Source: a virus
Taxonomy: Duplodnaviria; Caudoviricetes
DNA: 47,631 nt
Virus record (IMG/VR): IMGVR_UViG_3300031949_000064
Coordinates: 1 to 47,631 of that record
Reading direction: 5' to 3' (one strand)
The translations under genes were made by a program, and so were the position numbers. Of the stretch, positions 37,909 through 47,295 are shown in pieces. Each line of letters opens with the position of its first letter. Position 1 is the stretch's first letter. Under the pieces are notes generated by a model that had not been told where the DNA came from, searched no databases, and saw only the letters and a program-made list of their open reading frames with translations.

Positions 37909-37910
37909 GG

Positions 37911-38237
37911 TGGACCACTCACTTTCTTCCTGCTATTGATTGGTTTTCTGTAACAATTACGGGGATTGTGGCCCCCTGATTCGGCCTGCAAACTCCGAGT
38001 GGTCCAGTAAAAGTTTGTGATTTGCAGGGGTTTGGACCACTGGATCACTGGCCACTCGGTTTTACCTTCCTAGAGGGATTACAACCACGTTGCACACTCC
38101 GGTGTTGCAGTAACACAGTGTTCGCATACGGGAATAGATGTAATTAGTGATCCATTGTGATCCAGTGGTCCATTAGCCTGCAAATCCTGGTAATTCATCT
38201 GGCCCCCTCGACTCATTTTTATGGCCCACTGGATCAC
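37911..38237. repeat. Iteron-like TGGA(C/T)CAC repeats, putative replication origin
   Basis: Forward copies at 37911, 38033, 38041, 38230; inverted at 37999, 38147, 38157, 38165; AT-richer gap beside the primase 3' end. Confidence 0.65.
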
Positions 38238-40815
38238 TCGATGGGGCCATATCGGGCTTGAACCCTACCATCCACACCCGATTTCTCTGCCATGTCTTAC
38301 GTCGTCTATACCGCACTTTGCCAGAGTGATCGTAATCTTTGACAAGTCGCCCACAGCTTGCGAGATCACGAATGACTCGGCGAGAGGAGAATCTCGCCTC
38401 ATCGAGTGCGTGTTCGAGGTTCGCCGGCTCGATCCAGGTAATGCCATCCTCGACGAATCCCCACGGCTCCTTGCACTCATCGGACACAAACCTGTCCCGG
38501 TTACGGGCCAGCCAGCCTTCGATCCACTCGATGGACCGCTTCGTGTAGTCGGCCTCGTCTGCGGTGCCGACGTCGCCGAGGATCTGCTCGGCCATCTTGA
38601 GGGCCTCTGTGCGCGCGTGTCCCGAGTCGACAAGGCCGAATAGCCACCGGGACAGGTAGACGTCTGCGAGCGCCACACACGCGATTGCAGAGTGGTGTGC
38701 GGGCATGTGCTTGGGCGCGAGCTTCGCGACGGCCTCAACCATTTCCGCGTACTCGGCAACGACGTCGCCGCCAACCGCTTGGTAGGCGAGGTAGTTGCGG
38801 ATGAACTCGGGGCCGGCGATGCCGTAGTTGTCGCCGACGGTTCGGTGGATCCCGCGCGCGAGGTCCTCGTCATTGATCGGCAGGCCGTAGATTTCGAGCG
38901 ACCGAGTGTTCACGCCCTCCTGGCTGGCGGATCCCGATAGTGGCTGCTCTCCGGTCGTCAAGGCGATGGTGCGCCACGCCTGCGTGTTCTGCAGGCCGCC
39001 GCCCTTCGCTCCACGCACGCGGCCCTTTCCGGAACCGATCATGTAGACGAGGGACTCGACGAATCCCTGTCCGCCCTTCGATCCTGACACGACCTGGCGC
39101 TCGTCGACGCCGAGGGGCAGATCATTGTAGAACCCGGCGAGGCGCTCGAGGCCGACGGCCGTGGTGTTGAACGTCGCCATGAGTCCGTCTGGTTCGCCCC
39201 ATGCTGAGAGCGCGAGTTTCATGGACGCGGTTTTTCCGCCGCGTGACTTACCCCAAAAGTGCACGATGAACACGCGCTGACGCAAGTCGCGTAGCATCGT
39301 CGCTGCGAAGCTCGACGCGAGCATGAAACGGGCGCGTGGGTACTGCTCGCGCACGGGCGTCGCGGCGGCGATCCACGCGGCGAGCGATCCGCGTTCGTGG
39401 TAGGCATCGGCGAGGTACTCGGATCCATCGGGCGGGTCGAGTATCACGTCGTCGCAGTGGCCTGGGAGGAACTGCTTTGACGATACCCAGCCCATGCGTT
39501 CGACGGATCGCACGCGGGGGAGCGTGTCGAGGTTCGCCGCTTCGAGTGCGTCGAGGTACTTGACGATCTCGGTTGCGCGGTCCGAGCTGACTGGCAGTCC
39601 CCGGTCGGCGAGTTCGACAATGCCCCTGGCGGTGAATGCCGTGGATCGCTTCGTGGTGATCTTGTGAGTTGCGCCGTCGCGCTGGTACTCAAGCTCAACC
39701 TTCTCCTCTCCGGAGTCGATCGACTTGAGGCGCCTGCTGATCGTGAGCGGGACCGGACAGACCTTGACGGTGGTCGGCTCGCCTTGACGGCTGAACGTCT
39801 CGCGCGTGATGCCACTGCCGGGCGACACCTTGTAGTCCTCGGGGCAGCGTAGGCCGGTGGTCATGCCGGGGATGAGTATCGTGCCGGTGTCGCGCTCGGC
39901 GTCCGCGAACTGCTTGGGGTCAACGATCTCGGCGGATGCGAGAGCCTTCGCCCAGAGCTGGTCGAAGTCGTCCGGCTTGTCGCGGTGCAGGTCAGCGGGG
40001 TCCTTCGCGCCGATGGTGCTGAATATCTTGACGATGCCGGTGTAGTTGGCTAGTGCGATCGACTGACTCGTCTTGCGTAGCATTTTGGCGCCGGAGTCGC
40101 CGGGTTCGATGTGGATGAGGATCTCGGGTGCTGCGGCGAGGAAGTCGGTAACCCACTCGGGCTTGCACATTTCCGCGCCTGGCAGGCCGAGCACGTTGTC
40201 GACGCCTCGGTGCCAGAGTGCGTGACAGTCCGACTCGCCTTCGACAAGGATGATGGGCTGGCCTGCGAGGTCGCGTAGCTTCCACACGCCGTAGGGGATG
40301 ATGTTGCCCTTCGCGCCGGGCATCCATGTGAATCGGGCGCCAGCACTTTTTGCGTGGCGGCGACGGCTACAGCGGATCTCGCCGTTCACGTCGATGTAGG
40401 GGATCGCGATGTGGGTGTTGCCGCGCACGTCCTTGATTCCCAGCTCGCGTAGCCAATCTTCTGGGAGGTGCTTGTCGCGAGCGTAGTCGGCGACGGACAG
40501 CTTCGCTCGGGCGGCGGGTTTGCGGGTTCCCATGTCGACGATGCCGGCCATTTCGAGCACTGTTTTCTTGGCTTGCTCGGCGGTCATTCCCTGTGCCCAA
40601 GCGAGGAACGTGTAGACGTTGCCCTTGGCCTCGCATCCGTGGCATTTGTAAACACCAGTCTTGAGGTTGACGGAGAAGCTCGCGTTGCGCTCCTTGCCGC
40701 CAGAGTGAACGGGGCATCGTGCACTGGCGTCGTCGCCGCTGACTTGCATCCGGTCGAGGTAGCGCTTGTAAAAACTCTGATAGTCAATTCGACCATCGAT
40801 CTCGGGATTGGTCAC
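38173..40815 (-). CDS. Primase-helicase (CHC2 Zn finger + TOPRIM + DUF927 helicase)
   Basis: CPVH...CHGC, LVEGESD, KDPAD, GKSRGGKT, GVDE, TTGE; GGGAGG RBS before GTG 40815. Confidence 0.9.
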   Translation of the reverse strand: MTNPEIDGRIDYQSFYKRYLDRMQVSGDDASARCPVHSGGKERNASFSVNLKTGVYKCHGCEAKGNVYTFLAWAQGMTAEQAKKTVLEMAGIVDMGTRKPAARAKLSVADYARDKHLPEDWLRELGIKDVRGNTHIAIPYIDVNGEIRCSRRRHAKSAGARFTWMPGAKGNIIPYGVWKLRDLAGQPIILVEGESDCHALWHRGVDNVLGLPGAEMCKPEWVTDFLAAAPEILIHIEPGDSGAKMLRKTSQSIALANYTGIVKIFSTIGAKDPADLHRDKPDDFDQLWAKALASAEIVDPKQFADAERDTGTILIPGMTTGLRCPEDYKVSPGSGITRETFSRQGEPTTVKVCPVPLTISRRLKSIDSGEEKVELEYQRDGATHKITTKRSTAFTARGIVELADRGLPVSSDRATEIVKYLDALEAANLDTLPRVRSVERMGWVSSKQFLPGHCDDVILDPPDGSEYLADAYHERGSLAAWIAAATPVREQYPRARFMLASSFAATMLRDLRQRVFIVHFWGKSRGGKTASMKLALSAWGEPDGLMATFNTTAVGLERLAGFYNDLPLGVDERQVVSGSKGGQGFVESLVYMIGSGKGRVRGAKGGGLQNTQAWRTIALTTGEQPLSGSASQEGVNTRSLEIYGLPINDEDLARGIHRTVGDNYGIAGPEFIRNYLAYQAVGGDVVAEYAEMVEAVAKLAPKHMPAHHSAIACVALADVYLSRWLFGLVDSGHARTEALKMAEQILGDVGTADEADYTKRSIEWIEGWLARNRDRFVSDECKEPWGFVEDGITWIEPANLEHALDEARFSSRRVIRDLASCGRLVKDYDHSGKVRYRRRKTWQRNRVWMVGFKPDMAPSSDPVGHKNESRGPDELPGFAG

Positions 40816-40973
40816 CCATGCCTCCCAGCAATTTGCACCACCGTGTAGCCAGCCATTCTTGATCAGCTGCCGGTCACACCCACCTCCCCCGCCCACACGC
40901 GGGGACGACAGGGTACTAGGTTGGGCTTTCGGATCCAAGGTTAGCGGCTTGCGAATTGTCGCTATTTGCGGAC

Positions 40974-41008
40974 AAAAAAAGGAACCCCAGGTCTGGGGCC
41001 TGGGGTTC
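40974..41008 (-). terminator. Intrinsic terminator
   Basis: GAACCCCAGG-ccccaga-CCTGGGGTTC then CTTTTTTT on the minus strand. Confidence 0.8.
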
Positions 41009-41058
41009 GCGCAGTGCAGGGCTTGGGATGCCGCGCACAATGTTACAAGTCGGATCGG

Positions 41059-41400
41059 TTACAGGAGGTCTGCGACTGTTTCCCTGACCTGGTGCAGTGA
41101 TTCATGGGATGCCCTGAGCTGATTCAGAACCTCGGCTAGTCCGATTGACATTGATCGCAGATCGTCCACGATTGGCGACTTCGAATTGTGCTTGCCGGCG
41201 ACGAGTTCCTTGAGTCCGTCGATTGCCGTGGTGACGTCTGCGGCTGCGGTGAACAGCTTGATGTCGATCTTGTCGAGTCGCCCCACCGTGATCTTGACGA
41301 GCTTCGGCGCTGGCGACTTCGCCGGGGCCTTGTCTGGCGTTGGCGCATTATTGGTGTTGGGCGTCTTGTCCTTGGGCTTTGCTGGCGCTGTAGTTGTCAT
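41059..41400 (-). CDS. Hypothetical protein
   Basis: AAGGA RBS before MTTTAPAK. Confidence 0.6.
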   Translation of the reverse strand: MTTTAPAKPKDKTPNTNNAPTPDKAPAKSPAPKLVKITVGRLDKIDIKLFTAAADVTTAIDGLKELVAGKHNSKSPIVDDLRSMSIGLAEVLNQLRASHESLHQVRETVADLL

Positions 41401-41485
41401 GCCTGGTTCCTTTGCTTGAGGAGTGATCGAAGTAGTAGGCCCCGGCGAGGATGCCCCTCGCCGGGGATGGTGCGAGCGGCGATGC

Positions 41486-42199
41486 CTAGACGATCTCCTC
41501 GGAGTCGTCGACAGCGGCAACACTCTCCGGAGTGGACGTGCGGCGCGTGAGTGGCAGGAACGACTCGGCGACGCCAGCGAAGTGAGCTGCCTCGTCTGCG
41601 TCGTGCCACCTAACGAACTCGGGTACGATGCGCGCGTACTTGATGCCGCCCTTGTTCGTGAGCTGCTCAAGTCCGAGCTTGATTACCGCGTCGGTTGTGG
41701 ATCGTCCGCGTCCCTCGATCTTGGCGAGTGCGAAATTGAACCACTTTTTGCGGCTCATTACCGGCACTTCGATACGCAGCGGTAGGAACTCGCCGTCGGG
41801 CACGAGGAAGATACGCCAGCGACCAGAGATCGGCGTCTTGCCGAGGTCGGCGTCGAACTTCGCGAGCGGCTCGTCGGCGAGTAGGCCGCCGAGGATTCCT
41901 TCCTCGCGCGCGCGGTCGTTGGCGTACTGGAATTCGCCGCCGATCCACAATGCGTCCGGTGGTTCGTTGCCCCCGTCGAACTCGTCGATGTAGAAGCTGT
42001 CGACTGAGTAGTCGTCGATGACTGTGCCAATGATCTCCTTCGTAGCTTCGTCGCCTGGGATCTCCCAGACTGTGCCGCCGCTACCGGGGACCTTGACGGA
42101 TGGGATCTCGATGTCACTGACATTCGCTCCGGCGAGTCGCCGGGCGATGTGTCCTTGTGTCACAACGTCATTCGACGTTTTTTCTGCTACTTCTGTCAT
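41486..42199 (-). CDS. Replication-module protein (possible ssDNA-binding protein)
   Basis: VKVPGSGG..WE, P....P..S.K, N..G..Y motifs; acidic tail; AGGAG RBS. Confidence 0.55.
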   Translation of the reverse strand: MTEVAEKTSNDVVTQGHIARRLAGANVSDIEIPSVKVPGSGGTVWEIPGDEATKEIIGTVIDDYSVDSFYIDEFDGGNEPPDALWIGGEFQYANDRAREEGILGGLLADEPLAKFDADLGKTPISGRWRIFLVPDGEFLPLRIEVPVMSRKKWFNFALAKIEGRGRSTTDAVIKLGLEQLTNKGGIKYARIVPEFVRWHDADEAAHFAGVAESFLPLTRRTSTPESVAAVDDSEEIV

Positions 42200-42228
42200 G
42201 TCTTCTCCTGCTTGGTTTGGTTATTGAT

Positions 42229-42672
42229 CTAGCTGTCTTTTTTGAGGACCAATTCTGGTTCTGAGTAGATGTCGATCAGGCCCTTGAGCCCGTCCGGCAA
42301 CTCGTCGTTACCCTCGTCGAACCACTCCTTGACGAACGCGGACGCGCGCACCGACTCACCGATCATTGAGTCGTAGCCATTGTCGCGCAGCCACTCGACG
42401 ACCTTGTCGCGATTCGCGACTTTGACGTTGACGTGGTGCTTGGTACGCAAGTGGAACATGAATCCAGCGCGTTCGAAGCGCTTTGAGGCGCGTCCGTTCC
42501 GCATCTGCTCGGCGGCGGCTTCCTCGAGTTTTTCAAGCGTGTCGTCGATGTCCTTTACCTCGGCTTTGAGGCTTGCTTTCTTGGCGCGCAATTCGACGAT
42601 GCGGTCGGCGAGCTCGAATACGTCCGAGGCAGCGGTGCTGCTCGTCTCGGTGACGGGAGTAAAGTCGTTCAC
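42229..42672 (-). CDS. Coiled-coil phage protein in the replication module
   Basis: N-terminal coiled coil; WLRDNG...LP.GL. Confidence 0.6.
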   Translation of the reverse strand: MNDFTPVTETSSTAASDVFELADRIVELRAKKASLKAEVKDIDDTLEKLEEAAAEQMRNGRASKRFERAGFMFHLRTKHHVNVKVANRDKVVEWLRDNGYDSMIGESVRASAFVKEWFDEGNDELPDGLKGLIDIYSEPELVLKKDS

Positions 42673-42735
42673 TTTGGATCCTTTTTTGCGGGCATTGGGC
42701 AGGGCAATACTACCTGTTTTGCAGGACGTCGTGCG

Positions 42736-44580
42736 CTACTTCGCGAACTCATTTACCGCGATGACAGAGCGGCCGGATATGAGGTTGCGCCACTGGCCGT
42801 CGACCACGGCGTCTGCGACATTACGCTTGCGCTGCAAAGCTTCCAGTGAGCCCACGTCGGGCGTGCCGTCACAGACGATGTGGTGGTGCGTCACGGTCCT
42901 CGTCTGACCTGGCCGGTCGTCACGTCCCGACGCTTGCTCGTAGTGGATCAGGCTGTAGTCCCACGAGTAGAAGATCGTGTTGCGCGCGGCGACGAGCGTA
43001 ATACCCTCGCCAGCTGCGACGAGTTGTCCGACGAACACGCGGACCGAGTCGTCATTCTGGAATCGACTCTCAGCCTCGTTGCGAATCTTGTCGGGAATGC
43101 CGCCGCGAATCGTGACGTACCCAACTTTGCGCTTCTCGATCAGCCTGATGATCGCGTCAAGCTCGGCAACAAACGTCGCGAACACGATAACTTTCTCACC
43201 CGCGTCGAGCAGTGTTGCGAGTAGGTCGTCGAACACTTCCATCTTTGCTGTCGACACGACCTCGGTCAGTCCGTCGTCGTCGGTGAGGAATCCTCCCGCG
43301 ATCTGCCGTAGGCGTAGCGTCTTGGTGAGCACGTTTGTGCCGGTCATGTGCCGGCCCTCCTCGATCTCGATTGTCGCGTCGCGGGCGAATGCGTCGTAGA
43401 TCTTTTTCGCGGACGGCTCAAGCTCACACGGCACGACGGTCGGCGTGACCGGCGGCAAGTCGAGGCACTCCTCCTTCGTAACGCGGTACCCGATCGAGTG
43501 CATACGCCGCTCAAGCCCTTCGAGGTCCTTGTACGCGACAACTTCGCGGCCTTCGAATCCACCCATGATCGCGTGTCGGTTTCGAAACGTGCCGTAGCTA
43601 GTGCCAAAGATCGTGGCGTCCATGAACTTGTATGGTGAGAATATGTCGAGCGGGTGCTGCGATACCGGTGTGCCGGAGAGGCCGATCTTGTAGGCGGGGA
43701 TCTCGCCGAGCTTGTGCATCGCCTTGGATTGCGACGCGCCCGGCGTCTTGATCCGGTGAAATTCGTCGGCGACGATCATGTCGGGCGCCCACTGCGCGAT
43801 CGCGTCGGCGATACGCCACGTCGACTCGTAGTTCGTGACGGCGACCTGTAGCGCGCCGCCATCCTCGGGTCCGCACTCGCGCTCCCAGCTGTCCCACTGT
43901 GATTCGTGGAGCATCTTGACTCGCCGCGCCGACGACCCGGTGAGCGCGCGAACGTCGAATGGGAAGTTGGCCCACTTCGCGAACTCGCGTGGCCACACCT
44001 GCACGACGCTCTTTGGCGCAACGACGAGCACGCGCCTGATCTCGCCGTCGAGGTATCGCCGGCCGGCGGCGGCGATCACGACCACGGTTTTCGAAGTTCC
44101 TACCTCGGCCATGAGCGCGAAAGACGGCAGTAGCATCGCGAGGTTCGAGGCGAGGATCTGATGCTGATACATCGACAGTAACTTGCCGTCGGCGCCGCGC
44201 ACGTCGCGGCGGATCGGGTACTCGCGCAAGGGCGCTGCGAGTTGGGTTCCCCTGGCTTTGAGCGCATCCGCTAGATCGGCGTTCCATAGGCTCTTTTCCA
44301 CGGCTGCTTGGGCGTCGCGGCTCATGTTCACGCGAGGGAAGTGGTGCACGATCTCGCGCGCTGCGGCGGCGGACACGGGGTAGCTCCACACGGATTGCTC
44401 ATAATTCGACTTTCGGCGTTCGAATCTGTAGCCGGGTATTTCCTTCGCGGCGTACTTGTCGGCGAACGTGACGCGCAGCTCTAGCCGATCACCGTCGATT
44501 GTGAGCGTGGGCTCCACTTCTTGCCTCCCATAGTTGAAGGCGAGATCGTACACATTCTCCGGAGAGGGTGCGACGGGCAA
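42736..44580 (-). CDS. SNF2-family helicase
   Basis: EVGTSKT, VVAPKS, ADEFH, LSGTP, LRQ, GEGITL, QASGRDDRPGQ; start may be GTG 44553. Confidence 0.92.
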   Translation of the reverse strand: MPVAPSPENVYDLAFNYGRQEVEPTLTIDGDRLELRVTFADKYAAKEIPGYRFERRKSNYEQSVWSYPVSAAAAREIVHHFPRVNMSRDAQAAVEKSLWNADLADALKARGTQLAAPLREYPIRRDVRGADGKLLSMYQHQILASNLAMLLPSFALMAEVGTSKTVVVIAAAGRRYLDGEIRRVLVVAPKSVVQVWPREFAKWANFPFDVRALTGSSARRVKMLHESQWDSWERECGPEDGGALQVAVTNYESTWRIADAIAQWAPDMIVADEFHRIKTPGASQSKAMHKLGEIPAYKIGLSGTPVSQHPLDIFSPYKFMDATIFGTSYGTFRNRHAIMGGFEGREVVAYKDLEGLERRMHSIGYRVTKEECLDLPPVTPTVVPCELEPSAKKIYDAFARDATIEIEEGRHMTGTNVLTKTLRLRQIAGGFLTDDDGLTEVVSTAKMEVFDDLLATLLDAGEKVIVFATFVAELDAIIRLIEKRKVGYVTIRGGIPDKIRNEAESRFQNDDSVRVFVGQLVAAGEGITLVAARNTIFYSWDYSLIHYEQASGRDDRPGQTRTVTHHHIVCDGTPDVGSLEALQRKRNVADAVVDGQWRNLISGRSVIAVNEFAK

Positions 44581-44597
44581 CCGGGGCCAAGATAGAC

Positions 44598-44626
44598 GAA
44601 AGCCCCCACCGTGAGGCGAGGGCTCC
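44598..44626 (-). terminator. Terminator-like hairpin
   Basis: GGAGCCCTCGCC-TCAC-GGTGGGGGCTTT on the minus strand. Confidence 0.5.
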
Positions 44627-44993
44627 GCTGGTACGCAATGTCGGTGCCGGTCGCAGTACCATATCCGGTGCTAAGGAACTTCGCTTGTCAGGAGATTCAG
44701 AGGCCCTTGCCCCCTCGACCCTTGCGGGCTACTACCCTGACCTGACGACAGGCCCCTTAGCGAGCTGCCGTAGTTCACAAGGAGAACCCTACATGTGGAA
44801 CCGGACGCACGTCAATCCACCGACGGGTACAGGTGCATGGTGGCCCGGCCGCATCGCGGGCAGGATTCGGTCATCGTGTTCACGGGGCCGATCACGGTTG
44901 CGGCGATATGTCCAGCGTCGACTGGCGTCATCTGGCATCCGCCGCGCAGGTTGCACCATGCGACACGCAGCTCGTATCGAAGGCGGGCAATCG

Positions 44994-45392
44994 TCAAGGA
45001 CGACATTCCCAGGGACGCCATCCGGCGATGAGAAAATATCGGTAGGCGGCCCGTGCCTGAGCCCAAGTTCCTGGCCCGTGACCGAATCTCGCGCGCTCGC
45101 TAGAACCCATCTGCATAATTCCCCGGTACTGGCCATTTCTAGCGTAGGGTCGAAGGCTGGACTCGCACCACGCAACGTGCAGTGCGGCGGTGCAGCGACG
45201 GTAGCCCCAGACTTGGCACACGGCCCAAGCTCGCTTCTGTACCGTGCCGCTACGCGGTGGGTGGGCCTGGTGTCCTGCGCGCACTATGTGCGGGGGCGCG
45301 GGTCTGCGCGAGGCGTTCGCGTCGGTCGTGAATACGACCAGTGCGATGAATGTGACGAGTGATCCGTAGGTGAGGGTGCGGCTGATTCGCAT
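44994..45392 (-). CDS. Secreted lysozyme/lytic-transglycosylase-like protein
   Basis: Signal peptide; VAWCES...NGQYRGIMQM...GWRPWEC (catalytic Glu-Ser plus G..Q). Confidence 0.75.
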   Translation of the reverse strand: MRISRTLTYGSLVTFIALVVFTTDANASRRPAPPHIVRAGHQAHPPRSGTVQKRAWAVCQVWGYRRCTAALHVAWCESSLRPYARNGQYRGIMQMGSSERARFGHGPGTWAQARAAYRYFLIAGWRPWECRP

Positions 45393-45425
45393 GAGGCTCC
45401 AATCCTCTGCGTGGTACTACAACGC

Positions 45426-45461
45426 AAAAACCCCCCGGTGGGCTTCCCTGCCTGCCGGGGG
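45426..45461 (-). terminator. Intrinsic terminator
   Basis: ACCCCCGG...CCGGGGGG then TTTTT on the minus strand. Confidence 0.65.
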
Positions 45462-45566
45462 TAGCAGCCTCTCGGCCGCTCATGCGTCATAGCTTGACCG
45501 ACGCATACTGACACCCTGGTCAGACGCGGTGCGCGTCCTATGCGTTTCGTAGGCTAACTCCAATCA

Positions 45567-45824
45567 GTGATTGGCCCCGAAAGGACAGCAGTGCTTGCAC
45601 GCATTTCATACGTCGAGGTCGACGACAGCGACGTGTCCCGTCGAGCCGTGCCGCTGATTCACCACACGGGGAAGCTATCCGGCGTTCTCGTGCAGGCATT
45701 CGATCGGTGGAAGGCTGGCGAGATCGAGCACGTCACCGTGCAGGCGGGCGCGAGCGGATTCATCGCCGCCGACGAGGTCGACCAGATATTCGACGCCCTA
45801 CGAACAGTCGAGGCCCGCCCGTGA
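45567..45824 (+). CDS. Hypothetical protein
   Basis: GTGA overlap with the methyltransferase. Confidence 0.5.
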   Translation: MIGPERTAVLARISYVEVDDSDVSRRAVPLIHHTGKLSGVLVQAFDRWKAGEIEHVTVQAGASGFIAADEVDQIFDALRTVEARP

Positions 45825-46459
45825 TCTACTGCAAAACAGCCCGCAAGTTTCTCGCCTCGCTCGACGATGGTGTGGTCGACGCAATTATTACAAGCCCTCC
45901 GTACTCAGGCTTGCCTGGCCGCGCGGATACGCACGAGCTTGTCACCGAAATGCTCGTCGACCTCGAAACCGTATTGAGCGAGTCGGGATCAGTCGTGCTC
46001 ATCGTCGGCTCGACCGATCTGCATCCGTACCTGCCGTTTGAGATCGCCTATCACGCGATCGACGCGGGTCCGTCGCCGTTCATTGTGCGCGGAATGTACG
46101 TCTGGGACAGGCAAGGGACGCTGCAACGCAGCGTGGGCGAACAGGTCGTAACGCACGACTATGTGATCCACGCGACGCGCACCGGGCACTCGCCGATTCC
46201 GCTGCAGCCCACGTCGAGCGTGATCAGAACTTCGCAGCATGGATTCAATTATGGGGCCGGAATTACGACTCCATCGGATCTCGCCGCGCTATTGGTTGCG
46301 CGCACAACAAATCCCGGTGACTTCGTCGTCGACCCGTTCGCGGGGCTCGGCGAGATCGGCGTGCAAGCTGTGCACCAAGGGAGGGTTTTTGAGGGCTCCG
46401 ACACCGAGCAGGCATTCGTCGACATCGCCAACGCGCGGATCGCGAGCGCCATTGAGTAG
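45821..46459 (+). CDS. DNA methyltransferase (N4-C/N6-A, beta class)
   Basis: ITSPPY precedes VVDPFAGLG. Confidence 0.8.
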   Translation: MIYCKTARKFLASLDDGVVDAIITSPPYSGLPGRADTHELVTEMLVDLETVLSESGSVVLIVGSTDLHPYLPFEIAYHAIDAGPSPFIVRGMYVWDRQGTLQRSVGEQVVTHDYVIHATRTGHSPIPLQPTSSVIRTSQHGFNYGAGITTPSDLAALLVARTTNPGDFVVDPFAGLGEIGVQAVHQGRVFEGSDTEQAFVDIANARIASAIE

Positions 46460-46703
46460 CCGCCACTGGTACGCCAGCTCTGCTCGCAACTTCATTTGCA
46501 ACGATCATCCACGCCAGCCCAAGGAACTCGCCGTCGAATTGTCCGAGTTTACGGGCATGAGTCAGATCAACACGAGGCACCTCATCGACAAGCTGCGCCA
46601 CTTGTCGCACTGCTTGAAAGAACCCGAGTCGCTCACATTGTTTCGGCTGCAGCAGGGCGCGAACCAGTCACCTCCGGAGAAGGTCGAGTACGAGGATGAG
46701 TGA
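46452..46703 (+). CDS. Hypothetical protein
   Basis: Fills the gap with overlaps at both ends. Confidence 0.45.
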   Translation: MSSRHWYASSARNFICNDHPRQPKELAVELSEFTGMSQINTRHLIDKLRHLSHCLKEPESLTLFRLQQGANQSPPEKVEYEDE

Positions 46704-47100
46704 GGGTCGCAAGGACGACGGCGGCAAAGCTCGCATGGATCTCCTGCCCGTCGGCCCGCTGCAGTCGACGGCGCGAGTGTTCACGTTCGGAGCCGATAAG
46801 TACGCCGATCGTAATTGGGAAAAAGGGATCATGTTCGGGCGCGTGTACGCAGCCGCACTACGTCACTTGCTGGCTTGGTGGGATGGTGATGCGGACGACG
46901 AAGAATCGGGCGAGTCACACCTCGGGCACGCGTTGTGCTGTGTGATGATGCTGTCGCAGTTCGATGCGCACAGGAATCGCTACGAGGAATTCGACAATCG
47001 GCCAGACTCGGGGTCACTGTTCGTCGATCAGCGTCGAGACGCGAGCCTCGAGGTCCCCTACTCTGCGGTCGATGCGACTGATCTGATCTTTGATACTTGA
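46696..47100 (+). CDS. dATP/dGTP diphosphohydrolase (DUF5664-like)
   Basis: GRKDD.GK..MDLLP, GA.KY..RNWEKG, AALRH, D.ESG..HL.HA. Confidence 0.88.
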   Translation: MSEGRKDDGGKARMDLLPVGPLQSTARVFTFGADKYADRNWEKGIMFGRVYAAALRHLLAWWDGDADDEESGESHLGHALCCVMMLSQFDAHRNRYEEFDNRPDSGSLFVDQRRDASLEVPYSAVDATDLIFDT

Positions 47101-47295
47101 GCCGCCGTTCGGTAGCAACTCCTCGAGGATCGTGGTGTGGATGAGGTCGAGGCGGCGAGCGAACCGGTACGTCCCGTGAATCGTGGTGCGAACGAACCGG
47201 CCAATCATGAACAGCGCGGTAGCGACGGCACCCGTAACGATGATCGCCTGAGCGGTGGGCGCGAGATTGTGGGGGACGTCCATCATTGCGATCAT
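47014..47295 (-). CDS. Single-TM coiled-coil membrane protein (lysis-associated?)
   Basis: TM helix then L.PNGGSS.KD...R motif common in actinophage membrane proteins. Confidence 0.65.
   Translation of the reverse strand: MIAMMDVPHNLAPTAQAIIVTGAVATALFMIGRFVRTTIHGTYRFARRLDLIHTTILEELLPNGGSSIKDQISRIDRRVGDLEARVSTLIDEQ

Noticed and set aside
44568-45362. 264-aa plus-strand ORF with an internal AAGGAG-ATG
   Set aside because: Overlaps the clear minus-strand lysozyme-like gene and has no recognisable features
46696-47100. 2-aminoadenine (Z) genome pathway
   Set aside because: No PurZ or dedicated polymerase seen
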